Translations under genes and position numbers: made by a program
Shown: piece by piece, positions 26,430-35,312 of the stretch
Numbering within the stretch: position 1 is the first letter of the stretch
Layout of the letters: the number at the start of each line of letters is the position of its first letter
Virus record (IMG/VR): IMGVR_UViG_3300017705_000841
Location: 1-38,903 of that record
Strand: one strand, 5' to 3'
Source: a virus
Lineage: Duplodnaviria > Caudoviricetes
DNA: 38,903 bases
Notes under the pieces: generated by a model
The model's database searches: none
What the model was told of the DNA's origin: nothing
Seen by the model: only the letters and a program-made list of their open reading frames with translations

Positions 26430-28001
26430 GTGATAATGAAAGTCTATGAATCAAAACAAGAACTAAATCAAAAAATCCTATCAGGGGTGGAGAAACTGTC
26501 AGAGGCAGTCTCTACTACCCTTGGCCCCAAGGGCCGCAACGTAATCCTCCACCAGAAGGATGGAAATCCAATCATCACTAAGGATGGTGTGACTGTCGCG
26601 AAGTTCGTAACTCTTGAAGATCCCTTCGAGAACGCAGCCGCACAAATCATCAAGCAGGCTTCAACAGAAACTAATCAGGCAGCAGGGGATGGAACAACAA
26701 CAGCTACTGTTCTTGCTCACGCGATTCTTTCTTCTGCTCAAAAGCATATTCTTGCTGGTGCATCACCCGTGTCTCTAAAGCGAGGCATCGACCGGGCAGT
26801 TGAGCAGATTGTCGAGAATCTAGGCGAAGTTGCTCGCCCTGTCTATACCAAACAGGAGATTGCAAACGTTGCTTCTATTTCGGCAAACAACGATACAACC
26901 ATCGGCAACCTAATTGCCACTGCCATCGATGAGGTTGGCAAAGACGGAGCAATTACAATCGAGGAAGCCAACTCAGTCCAGACAAGCCTAGAGGTTGTGG
27001 AGGGCTTCCAGATTGATTCAGGCTACCTCTCGCCAATGTTCATCACCGATCAGCGTCGAGTGACTATGAAGCACACGAACGCTCTCATTCTCGTTACAGA
27101 TGAGGCAATTGAGAAGGTCGAGGACATCCTACCAGTATTGGAGCTTGTTGCAAGAGATGGCCGACCCCTAGCTATCGTCGCAGAAAATGTTGAGGGCCAA
27201 GCCCTCGCAGCACTTGTGATGAATGCCGCCAGGGGAACAATGAAGGTCGCCGCAATCAAAGCACCACAGTATGGTGAGGAGCGAAGAAATATTTTAAAAG
27301 ACCTCGCGCTTGCCACTGGCGCAACGTTTGTCTCAAGAGAGTCCAATAAGACACTTGCAGGTGTAACTCTTGTTGATCTCGGAACAGCAAAGACTGTGGA
27401 ATCCCAGAAGAATTGGACAACCTTTGTTGGAGGATCGGGAGACTACGATAAAATCGAATCCCGCATCGAATCCCTTAAAGAAGAAATGACCCAAACTGAC
27501 AACCTCCAGGAGTGTGAGCGCATCCAGGAGCGAATTACAAAGCTCGCATCTGGCGTCGCCATCATTCGTGTTGGAGGCTTAACTGAAGTCGAGATGATTG
27601 AGCGAAAGCATCGCATCGAAGATGCACTCGAAGCAGTCAACGCAGCGCAAGAGGAAGGCATTGTGGGTGGGGGCGGCACATCTCTTGTTCGAGCCTCTTC
27701 CGACGTCACCCTGGACGGCAACAATCAGGACGAGATTTCGGGAATGGAGATTGTTCTAGAGGCAGTCAAACAGCCAATTCGACAGATGGCAGTCAATGCC
27801 GGCAACTCTCCTGACATCATCCTCGCTGGGGTGCTGGCTCGGGCCGATGGACTTGGGTTTGATTTTGCTTCCGGTCAATATGTGAATATGATTGAGGAGG
27901 GAATTATTGATCCGGTCAAGGTTTCAAGAACAGCTTTGCAAAATGCAGCAAGTGCAGCTTCTACCCTTTTAACTACCAATTATGCCATTATTGAGACATA
28001 A
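26430..28001 (+). CDS. groEL: Chaperonin GroEL
   Basis: TLGPKGRN, ITKDGVTVA, GDGTTTAT, RIEDAL, GIIDP; lacks the GGM tail. Probable start ATG 26436. Confidence 0.97.
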   Translation: MIMKVYESKQELNQKILSGVEKLSEAVSTTLGPKGRNVILHQKDGNPIITKDGVTVAKFVTLEDPFENAAAQIIKQASTETNQAAGDGTTTATVLAHAILSSAQKHILAGASPVSLKRGIDRAVEQIVENLGEVARPVYTKQEIANVASISANNDTTIGNLIATAIDEVGKDGAITIEEANSVQTSLEVVEGFQIDSGYLSPMFITDQRRVTMKHTNALILVTDEAIEKVEDILPVLELVARDGRPLAIVAENVEGQALAALVMNAARGTMKVAAIKAPQYGEERRNILKDLALATGATFVSRESNKTLAGVTLVDLGTAKTVESQKNWTTFVGGSGDYDKIESRIESLKEEMTQTDNLQECERIQERITKLASGVAIIRVGGLTEVEMIERKHRIEDALEAVNAAQEEGIVGGGGTSLVRASSDVTLDGNNQDEISGMEIVLEAVKQPIRQMAVNAGNSPDIILAGVLARADGLGFDFASGQYVNMIEEGIIDPVKVSRTALQNAASAASTLLTTNYAIIET

Positions 28002-28003
28002 GT

Positions 28004-28012
28004 ACTATTTAA
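28004..28012 (+). promoter_or_regulatory. Putative phage-specific (late) promoter motif ACTATTTAA
   Basis: Recurring motif directly after the groEL stop. Confidence 0.45.
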
Positions 28013-28036
28013 TTGTGGAAAAGGGGGATTTATGAA

Positions 28037-28324
28037 GTGGAATGCAAAGAGCATATGGCAGCGAACGTGGAAATAAACAAGCTAGAACAAGAGCAAAAGG
28101 AATTGCAAGAAGAAGTAACTGCACTTAAGGACACCATCTATGATCCCGATAATGGAGTTTATTCGAGGATAAAGACACTAGAAGCCGCAATCATAAGAGA
28201 CGGTCATTTGAGAATGGCCACAGCAGAACAGACTGTCAACACAATTAAGAAAATTCAGTGGATGGTCATTGGTTCTGTTGTGGCAACTTTGACCGGCGTC
28301 TTGGTCAAGTTTGTTATAATGTAG
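28037..28324 (+). CDS. Coiled-coil protein with C-terminal transmembrane helix (holin/XhlA-like candidate)
   Basis: Heptad-like N-terminus; WMVIGSVVATLTGVLVKFVIM C-terminus. GTG start after AAGGGGG. Confidence 0.5.
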   Translation: MECKEHMAANVEINKLEQEQKELQEEVTALKDTIYDPDNGVYSRIKTLEAAIIRDGHLRMATAEQTVNTIKKIQWMVIGSVVATLTGVLVKFVIM

Positions 28325-28334
28325 TGGAGTAAAG

Positions 28335-28685
28335 ATGAACGTAAGAATAGGTTATACAGTAGAATTGGCAGAGGTTCCTGGAGAATCTAAGCGAATCTTA
28401 AAGAATGTCGCGTACAACCTTCAAGAGGATATTTCAAATAAACTTCTCACGCAGGACTTCAACCCACTGGAGGTTGTTGACAAAATTGAGGAGTTTAGAA
28501 AAAAGCTTATTAAGTATGATCAACAGCTACAGGATTGTTCAGATATTCTTGGAGGCTATATAAGTGCTTGCAGTGAAACTGCCGTCGAACTATCTAGCGA
28601 AAGTATCTCAGAAGAGATTAAAAAATCTATGGAAGAGATGACTAGAATACAAAATGAGATAGGCAAACAGGAAGAAGGTGAATAG
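28335..28685 (+). CDS. Hypothetical protein
   Basis: 116-aa ORF with GGAG RBS. Confidence 0.65.
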   Translation: MNVRIGYTVELAEVPGESKRILKNVAYNLQEDISNKLLTQDFNPLEVVDKIEEFRKKLIKYDQQLQDCSDILGGYISACSETAVELSSESISEEIKKSMEEMTRIQNEIGKQEEGE

Positions 28686-28917
28686 GGGGGATTTAGTTTG
28701 GTGCCCCGCCCAGACCCTTTTAATTCCAAGCAACTGTAAGATTTTTTTTGAGGCAAACCCATTAAAGCTAATATTACAGAGCGCAATGAAGGAATCTTTT
28801 TACACAAGAAAGCCAAAAATTGTTTATGTACTTGATCGCGAAGTTAAAAATATTGTTAAAATTGTACATTCAGGAAGAACCTGGTATGTTGAGGAAAAAA
28901 ACTTATATCCATTATAA
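28678..28917 (+). CDS. Hypothetical small SH3/KOW-like protein
   Basis: MNRGDLVW start; overlapping coupling. Confidence 0.55.
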   Translation: MNRGDLVWCPAQTLLIPSNCKIFFEANPLKLILQSAMKESFYTRKPKIVYVLDREVKNIVKIVHSGRTWYVEEKNLYPL

Positions 28918-28930
28918 CGGAGGATAAAAT

Positions 28931-29257
28931 ATGTTAGTAAGTCTGGTAGAAATTTATGAAGATCGTAAACTTTCAAACGAGGTGAGAACCCTCGGTCGAG
29001 CCCAGAAGAGGCAGTATTTACTCAGAGAGATCTCAATTAATCCTGCACACTTGATTAGTGCGAGAGAGGATTCGTTGTTAAAGTCGGGATCACCGCCCCA
29101 ACATTCATTTCCGGAAGGTCTTGATTCTCGACAAAAGTTCACCAAACTTTGCCTCCAGAGGGGCAATTATGGTTGGGATGTGATCGTTGTGGGAGATCTA
29201 AATCAAGTTCAGGAAAAATTAAATATCAACACAAAGAAGATACTTTTGAATGGTTAA
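28931..29257 (+). CDS. Hypothetical protein
   Basis: 108-aa ORF with GGAGG RBS. Confidence 0.65.
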   Translation: MLVSLVEIYEDRKLSNEVRTLGRAQKRQYLLREISINPAHLISAREDSLLKSGSPPQHSFPEGLDSRQKFTKLCLQRGNYGWDVIVVGDLNQVQEKLNINTKKILLNG

Positions 29258-29600
29258 TAAAACAAAGACACTTGACGTTTTTGGGATTTTTGAGACAATG
29301 CGCGTTGAACTTGCGAGCAAAATCAAAATATCACAACTTGTCATTCATCATTATGTCACAATTTCAGACCAATCAAATTGGGATTACAATTTGCTCCCGG
29401 AATTGTGCAGCCTATACGCTAGGTATATTCAGCTAGATGCTTTCTTGGAACAAGTACTTGATAAGATGGTCGAAGTTGGAGATATTGAGGGAAGGGCTCT
29501 GACAAAGGCAGATATATCTTTTTTGTCAACATTTCCCAAAACTATAAAGATGTTAGAATCATTTCTAACTGACTACAACATTTCTATCAGCTACAGTTGA
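29250..29600 (+). CDS. Hypothetical protein
   Basis: 116-aa ORF in a coupled operon. Confidence 0.6.
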   Translation: MVNKTKTLDVFGIFETMRVELASKIKISQLVIHHYVTISDQSNWDYNLLPELCSLYARYIQLDAFLEQVLDKMVEVGDIEGRALTKADISFLSTFPKTIKMLESFLTDYNISISYS

Positions 29601-30097
29601 GGCCCAAAATGAACAAAAGCTCTCATAAATTCGCTAAAGGTAGGTGGGTAAAAATTCCATTGAACTATCCTTCGAAAAAAGAAATCTTGAAAGTCTTTTC
29701 TGAATCAAAATATAATGTATATAAAAAAATGTGCGCTGGCAAAATTGCAAAGATAGTGGAATATAATGCCGGCACAAAAATGGTAAAAGTTGCCCCAGCA
29801 ACCGCGATGGATATTTGGCTAAGAGTTGATTGGCTTGTCCCGATAGATGATGATGAGGTTGAGAGACTGAGAGAGCAGGACGAACGTATTAAAGAAGTAA
29901 ACAAACAACTAGAGTCTGTGAGCGAAAAGCGAGATCGCGCAATGAGAGAGGTGTTTAGGACAGACGCCGCTAGAAAGCGTGATAAAAAGCAAGAAGAGGC
30001 AAAGAGAAGAGAAAAAGAAGAGGCCAAGAAAAAGCTTTATACGAGATTTACACCTCCACATCTTGACCCCCTGGAAGATGATTGGTATAATGATTAA
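29597..30097 (+). CDS. Hypothetical protein (SH3-like N-terminus plus charged coiled coil)
   Basis: FAKGRWVKI motif; K/R/E-rich C-terminal half. Confidence 0.6.
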   Translation: MRPKMNKSSHKFAKGRWVKIPLNYPSKKEILKVFSESKYNVYKKMCAGKIAKIVEYNAGTKMVKVAPATAMDIWLRVDWLVPIDDDEVERLREQDERIKEVNKQLESVSEKRDRAMREVFRTDAARKRDKKQEEAKRREKEEAKKKLYTRFTPPHLDPLEDDWYND

Positions 30098-30127
30098 TAT
30101 GTTCTTTTGCTTTTTTTAACTACTTAT
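30063..30127 (+). promoter_or_regulatory. Tandem sigma70 promoter and ACTACTTAT motif
   Basis: TTGACC(30063)-17 bp-TATAAT(30086-30091) with TGn extension, then ACTACTTAT at 30119-30127. Confidence 0.55.
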
Positions 30128-30152
30128 TGATAGCACCAAGGAAAGAGTTTAA

Positions 30153-30554
30153 ATGTCTGATCAAAACCCAATAGCAAAAGAAATTGATGCTGTTACATCC
30201 GATCTTAACCCTGGGGACGTTCTAATAGAACCACCAGAGAAAAACAACTCAACAGAGCCGGAACATTTGCGGCCAAAGCCCCCCGGTAATCGAGCCCCGG
30301 CAGGAATTAGAACATTTACTATTTATCGAACATCAGATGAAACAGGTGTGTCTGGCGATGGCATCATTATAGAGGGGGTTGTACTTGCTACGGGACAAGC
30401 AATCATTCATTGGTTGACACCATTCCCCCGTGGTAGTATTGCAGTTTTTGATTCGTTGGATGATTTTACAAAAATCCACATCAATCCACACCCAGAAAAT
30501 AGGACCATCATCACTTTTGAAGATGGAGAGCAGATTAAATTTGGAGAAGAATAA
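30153..30554 (+). CDS. Conserved phage hypothetical protein
   Basis: RTFTIYRTSDETGVSGDG..IEGV...G...IHW pattern recalled from small phage proteins of unknown function. Confidence 0.65.
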   Translation: MSDQNPIAKEIDAVTSDLNPGDVLIEPPEKNNSTEPEHLRPKPPGNRAPAGIRTFTIYRTSDETGVSGDGIIIEGVVLATGQAIIHWLTPFPRGSIAVFDSLDDFTKIHINPHPENRTIITFEDGEQIKFGEE

Positions 30555-31271
30555 ATGATTCATATAGTAAGCCAGCCCTTTTCCCCACCCTCAACAGACT
30601 TGTTTGAGATCATTAAAGATAAGTTTTTTAACACCGTGAAGAGTGAAATGGCTTCCTATATGCCCGAATTGGTAGTGAGCAATGTTTACTCCCGAACTTA
30701 CGGGAATATGAAACGAACACCTGTGATGATTAAAATCGAGGTCCATATTCCTGGTGATTGCGTCGAAGCCGTCGAGGATAACATAGAGGAGGTGATTGAT
30801 ACCGTCCTCGACGATGCTTACGCAATCGAAGCGGAGAAGCACCAAGAAGAGATCCAGAACCAGATTGTTGGCATCTCAAGACAAGAAGAGGTCAATGAGA
30901 TCGTAGAGATGTCCAGAGAACACTTTATTGAGAAAGTTATTGATGAGGTTGCTTCAGAGAAACAAAGGCACTGGCCCCGCGCCCAGGCAGGGGAGAGCAG
31001 GAAGACCTTCAGGGGCGAACTTTCTCTTTCCGCCGCCGAAGCAGAGGAAATGTGTTCTGCTGAAATCGAAGAGGCCGAGGAACTAGAAGAACTTGATTAC
31101 CAGGAAGATGTAGTTGGAAAGCCAGTTAAAAGTGGTGAATATAAGATGAAAAAATGGCTCATCGGACAGGGCGGCGCAAAGAATACTCCACCATATGTCA
31201 AGAAACCGAACTATGAAAGATCAAAGCAAGCTCCTGCTGGCTTTTCTGCACTAGAGGAAAATGATAAGTGA
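30555..31271 (+). CDS. Hypothetical acidic protein, possibly virion-associated
   Basis: 238 aa with acidic segments and a basic C-terminal segment. Confidence 0.6.
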   Translation: MIHIVSQPFSPPSTDLFEIIKDKFFNTVKSEMASYMPELVVSNVYSRTYGNMKRTPVMIKIEVHIPGDCVEAVEDNIEEVIDTVLDDAYAIEAEKHQEEIQNQIVGISRQEEVNEIVEMSREHFIEKVIDEVASEKQRHWPRAQAGESRKTFRGELSLSAAEAEEMCSAEIEEAEELEELDYQEDVVGKPVKSGEYKMKKWLIGQGGAKNTPPYVKKPNYERSKQAPAGFSALEENDK

Positions 31272-31906
31272 TAAGAAGACTGGCAAAAATATTTGCTTTT
31301 CTTCTTGTAGTAATAATATTTATCTTTTCCTGTGCTGATCTTCCTGGTGGCAATGATTTTAGAGAAATTCCCCCACTCGAAGAAAGCGATATAACCTGTA
31401 AAGATCTCAGCAGAGAGATAACTCTCTTTTTCCGCAAAGATGAAAATACACTTTCTGGTACTCGCAACTTTCACTTTTCTGTTGGCAAAGATTACGATTT
31501 CTGGGCCTTACGCAACGGGCAAATCTTTATTAGGGATATACACTTAGCTTTCGATAAATCTTTTGTAGCTGAATACTTACTTATAGAGGACTTACAAGGT
31601 AATCCAATTGTTTCTATTTCTGGAGTGAGAAATGGAGAGGCAAGTATTATTGAGTGGGACGGAAAGAAGGATCTTGTTCCATCTATTTCAGCGTCTTTTT
31701 TGGACGGTATTCACAAGAATAAGCGGTATAAAGTATTAAAACTTAAATACAGGTACGATGAAGAAGAAATATTTGGAAAGGAAACTTCTCTTAAAATAAA
31801 TTTAACGGCCCAGGCTTGCGGCGACTTTACAAATTCACCCTCAGTTTTGTGGGATAAGCTCGTTATGGTGTTCTGGAGTCCGGGGAGAATAAAAAATGAA
31901 AAGTAA
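31268..31906 (+). CDS. Putative lipoprotein (paralogue 1)
   Basis: Basic N-terminus, hydrophobic helix, lipobox-like IFSC. Confidence 0.65.
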   Translation: MIRRLAKIFAFLLVVIIFIFSCADLPGGNDFREIPPLEESDITCKDLSREITLFFRKDENTLSGTRNFHFSVGKDYDFWALRNGQIFIRDIHLAFDKSFVAEYLLIEDLQGNPIVSISGVRNGEASIIEWDGKKDLVPSISASFLDGIHKNKRYKVLKLKYRYDEEEIFGKETSLKINLTAQACGDFTNSPSVLWDKLVMVFWSPGRIKNEK

Positions 31907-32633
31907 ACACATAAAGATAATGTTCGCAGGAATACTTCTGGCTTTGGCCGTATTTTTCTCTTGTGCAGAAGGTAGAGAAGAGGCAGAGCATAAGGATGTT
32001 CTTTCGGAGGAAGAAATTAAAGAAGAAATCGTTTTGGACATCTACAACACACTCCACAGAAGTGACGTTGTTATCGACAGCCTGGAAGAAATCACAGACC
32101 CCGATGAACAAGAGCAAATAGAGCAGATTGGGGAAAATATTAAATGTATTGATGTTGAAAGGACTATTAATATAAATTTTGATACCATTGATATTTCTAT
32201 TTTGAGAAATTGGTACGGATCACATTCTGGAACCGAAACATTAAATTTTGCCATCGGCCCAGATTTTGATGAGTGGCTATCGAGAACCGCACGAATTTAT
32301 ATTAAAGATTTGAGGTTGACAATCAAGAACCCTGTTAACGCTTCGTATGTATATTTAAACAGAATGAATGGTGCTCACTTAATTTGGTTTTTTGGAATAT
32401 CTGGAACAGAAGCGAGAGAGATTGGCTGGGATGGAGAAACAGATATTGTTCCGCATATCAAAGAGTCAGAGTTTAACGAGCCTGATGTTGGCAAATTTTG
32501 GAAGGGTATAAATGTTCGCTATAACGCCTATGGGAAATTGCCAGAAGAAGATGTTGAGATCGAGGCAACAGTGACGATATTTGCTTGCGGAGATTTTACT
32601 AACTTGCGTCACGTATTTTATTGGGATATTTAA
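31896..32633 (+). CDS. Putative lipoprotein (paralogue 2)
   Basis: Signal peptide with FFSC; shares WDG..D.VP.I and ACGDFTN with 31268. Confidence 0.65.
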   Translation: MKSKHIKIMFAGILLALAVFFSCAEGREEAEHKDVLSEEEIKEEIVLDIYNTLHRSDVVIDSLEEITDPDEQEQIEQIGENIKCIDVERTININFDTIDISILRNWYGSHSGTETLNFAIGPDFDEWLSRTARIYIKDLRLTIKNPVNASYVYLNRMNGAHLIWFFGISGTEAREIGWDGETDIVPHIKESEFNEPDVGKFWKGINVRYNAYGKLPEEDVEIEATVTIFACGDFTNLRHVFYWDI

Positions 32634-32634
32634 A

Positions 32635-33474
32635 ATGAAGAATCTGTTAGAAACCTGGGATCAATATATTAATGAGATTGAGATAGATAAGTCTCGATTT
32701 CAAATCAATGACTCCTTGAACCCCAAATTTTGGGAAAATAAAAAACTTGACTCTTTGATTAGGAGACACTTGTTGGCAATAGCAGAGGACTTCTATAAGT
32801 ATCTTGGGGTCGATTACAAGATTGAAGATATAATCTTGACTGGTAGCAATGCAAATTATAATTGGAATCAACTTTCCGACCTAGATGTTCATATTATTAT
32901 TAATTATGCCAAGACTGGCGAGAATCAAGATTTTCTTGGTGAATTGTTTACAGCAAAGCGATCAGATTGGAACCGAGTTCACAACATTCTTCTGAGAAAC
33001 CACGAGGTGGAGATGTACGTCCAGGACGAGGACGAGCCCCATATTGCCACAGGTGTTTATTCTATTCTTAATGATGAGTGGAATGTTGAGCCCCAAAGGC
33101 GAGCCCAACCAGAGATTGATTACGCTACCGTAGAAAAGAAGGCGTCGAGTATTGAAAAGGAAATAGACCAAATTTCAAAATTATACGAAGAGGGCAACTA
33201 TGAGGATGTCTTGGACTGTGCCGAGGTAATAAAGGAAAAAATCAGAAAGATGAGGCGGTCAGGACTCTATACTGCTGGCGAGTTCTCGGCAGAAAATATT
33301 GCATTCAAGGTCTTAAGAAACAGTGGCAACTTGGCTAGGTTGTCAGATTTAAAAAACAAAGCATATGATGCTTCATTGTCGGTGGAGAATAGCAATGTTC
33401 CGAAAATTAAAATCAATATTTCAGAAGTTTGGAAGCGGTATCGAAAGAAGAACGACCTTTGGTGGGGATTCTGA
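32635..33474 (+). CDS. DNA Pol beta-superfamily nucleotidyltransferase
   Basis: LTGSNANYNW...SDLDVH (hGS...DxD) plus VEMYVQD. Start at ATG 32635. Confidence 0.8.
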   Translation: MKNLLETWDQYINEIEIDKSRFQINDSLNPKFWENKKLDSLIRRHLLAIAEDFYKYLGVDYKIEDIILTGSNANYNWNQLSDLDVHIIINYAKTGENQDFLGELFTAKRSDWNRVHNILLRNHEVEMYVQDEDEPHIATGVYSILNDEWNVEPQRRAQPEIDYATVEKKASSIEKEIDQISKLYEEGNYEDVLDCAEVIKEKIRKMRRSGLYTAGEFSAENIAFKVLRNSGNLARLSDLKNKAYDASLSVENSNVPKIKINISEVWKRYRKKNDLWWGF

Positions 33475-33847
33475 TTTCGCAAGCATCGTTGTTGTTGTAG
33501 ACAGGGATGATAAATTTCTGGTCGTTAAGAGAGGTTCCACCGCTGAGTGGCAACCCGGCAAGTGGAGCTTGATAGGCGGCTTTGTTCATCATATGGAATT
33601 TATGGGCACTGGCGCGATTCGAGAGGTTTATGAAGAGACTACCCTCCACCTTCCAAATTTGAAATTTTGCTTCCGAGAGGGGAAGATCTTTTTTTATCTT
33701 TCTAGGCTTCCCAAGTCCCATAAAAAGTATAATATCAAGCTAGATTTTGAAAACGATGATTATGTTTGGGCTTCCTTGTCTGATCTTGATCATCTTGATA
33801 CCACACCCAACTGTAAAAATAATATTCTAAAATGTCTGCTTTCATAA
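33395..33847 (+). CDS. Nudix hydrolase
   Basis: GKWSLIGG and Nudix box G-x5-E-x7-REVYEET. Confidence 0.85.
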   Translation: MFRKLKSIFQKFGSGIERRTTFGGDSDFASIVVVVDRDDKFLVVKRGSTAEWQPGKWSLIGGFVHHMEFMGTGAIREVYEETTLHLPNLKFCFREGKIFFYLSRLPKSHKKYNIKLDFENDDYVWASLSDLDHLDTTPNCKNNILKCLLS

Positions 33848-33883
33848 ATTTTCCCCCCTATATATTAAAGGGGTGGAATTCTG

Positions 33884-34093
33884 ATGATGCTTTACAGTAA
33901 ATCAACTTGTTCAATATGTACTGGCTCAAAAAAGAGTTGGTATGGGTATGGATGCCCCTATTGTGATGATAGTGGAAAAACCTTCCTAGAGGCAACTCAT
34001 AAAAAGATAGAAAAGTATGTTCTGGAAGAACTTCCAGAAGATATTCAGCACCGTATTTATGAGCAGCTTAGGGATAGGTTTAAAGTATCATAG
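33884..34093 (+). CDS. Small zinc-finger protein (DnaJ-type CxxCxG repeats)
   Basis: CSICTGS and CPYCDDSG. Confidence 0.6.
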   Translation: MMLYSKSTCSICTGSKKSWYGYGCPYCDDSGKTFLEATHKKIEKYVLEELPEDIQHRIYEQLRDRFKVS

Positions 34094-34104
34094 AGGGCAA
34101 AGGG

Positions 34105-34347
34105 GTGATGAAAATTGGAGAAAGGGTCTGCAAAGTCTCAAGATGGATACCAGTAGAAAATTTTGAGGTATTTGAGCACTTTTCTGGTCCTGGTGTTATT
34201 ATAGGGACATCCGGTGGCAAATATGTTGTTGAGTGGGGAAGGTTCGAGCTTAAAGGAGAAACATTTTTATCTATCGAAACCAGTATGTCTATTATGCCAG
34301 CCGCAAACATTGCTCATTTAGAATCCAACGGAATTGTTTTAAAATAG
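34105..34347 (+). CDS. Hypothetical small SH3/KOW-like protein
   Basis: MKIGERV...GVII...YVVEW pattern. Confidence 0.55.
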   Translation: MMKIGERVCKVSRWIPVENFEVFEHFSGPGVIIGTSGGKYVVEWGRFELKGETFLSIETSMSIMPAANIAHLESNGIVLK

Positions 34348-34360
34348 GAGGGCTTGTTTT

Positions 34361-34651
34361 GTGTGCGACGAAATAGAGGTTGGGGATTGGGTTCGACTGA
34401 AGAGGGACACAAATCTTGAAATTGGGCTTGGGTATATTATGAGAAAAGAGCTTCCTTTCGGAGCTAACTCTCCGTCCATCTTTAGTGATCACCCGGATGA
34501 TATTATGGTTGACATAGAAGAGTTTGCCGATTACAATGATTTTCTTGAGGAGCCCATCTATTTGGTTTTCTGGAACAAGAGGGACTTCTCTATTAAGCTG
34601 TGGATGATTGGCGCAGAAATAGTATTAGTTTCAAGGGGCATCAAGAATTAG
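34361..34651 (+). CDS. Hypothetical small SH3/KOW-like protein
   Basis: IEVGDWVRL...GLGYI...YLVFW pattern; AGGAGG RBS. Confidence 0.6.
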   Translation: MCDEIEVGDWVRLKRDTNLEIGLGYIMRKELPFGANSPSIFSDHPDDIMVDIEEFADYNDFLEEPIYLVFWNKRDFSIKLWMIGAEIVLVSRGIKN

Positions 34652-35300
34652 ATTTATGCTTATCCCTAAGCCACGCAGCAAAATGTTCTGAATCAATTCC
34701 AAGCTGCATTCTTATGTTTGCCCGCAGTTCTGAACTATTTTCATCTTTTTGCGCCGCATCGCTCCATATCCAAGAGATTGTGTTTTTCATTTTTTTCATT
34801 TTTTCGTTTGCATTTTGAATATTTTCTTCAATTAGGGCTTCAATATCTTCTGGGAGTTCTGGAATATCTAAGTCTAGCTTATTAGCAATAGAGATCAACC
34901 TAACCCAATCAATTTCATCATATGCTTTTTGTGCCTCTCTAAACATCTCGTGAAGGTCTTCGTCCTTACAGATATCTGGGTGGGTCTTTTTTGCAATACT
35001 TCTGTAGATTGTTTGTAGGGTTTTTGGCTTCTTTTCTGACGATGAAGTTTCTAAAATTTCATCACTATCTGGCTGGTTCTCCTCTTCATCCTGATCCCGC
35101 TGCTGGGCAGCTTCTTGTGCTTTTTTGGCTTCCGCCCTTTGGACATCAACCCACGCCAGGTAGGAGAGTTCACTTTGAAAATCATTGGTAAATTTTTGTT
35201 TGTAAGATTCTGCTGTTTCTTCTGTATCTTGGAGTTCAAGTGTGGTATACTCTATCTTTAGGAAGAGCTTCTTTGATTTTCTTCTCTTGATCTTCTTCAT
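34641..35300 (-). CDS. J-domain (DnaJ-like) co-chaperone protein
   Basis: IYRSIAKKTHPD...MFREAQKAY. Only credible minus-strand gene; probable start ATG 35300. Confidence 0.75.
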   Translation of the reverse strand: MKKIKRRKSKKLFLKIEYTTLELQDTEETAESYKQKFTNDFQSELSYLAWVDVQRAEAKKAQEAAQQRDQDEEENQPDSDEILETSSSEKKPKTLQTIYRSIAKKTHPDICKDEDLHEMFREAQKAYDEIDWVRLISIANKLDLDIPELPEDIEALIEENIQNANEKMKKMKNTISWIWSDAAQKDENSSELRANIRMQLGIDSEHFAAWLRDKHKSNS

Positions 35301-35303
35301 AAA

Positions 35304-35312
35304 ATAAATAGT
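35304..35312 (-). promoter_or_regulatory. ACTATTTAT motif immediately upstream of the J-domain gene
   Basis: Minus strand reads ACTATTTAT-TTT-ATG. Confidence 0.45.

Noticed and set aside
28289-28320. Full sigma70 promoter TTGACC...TATAAT
   Set aside because: The spacer is 20 bp; at most an extended -10 element, so it was not called.
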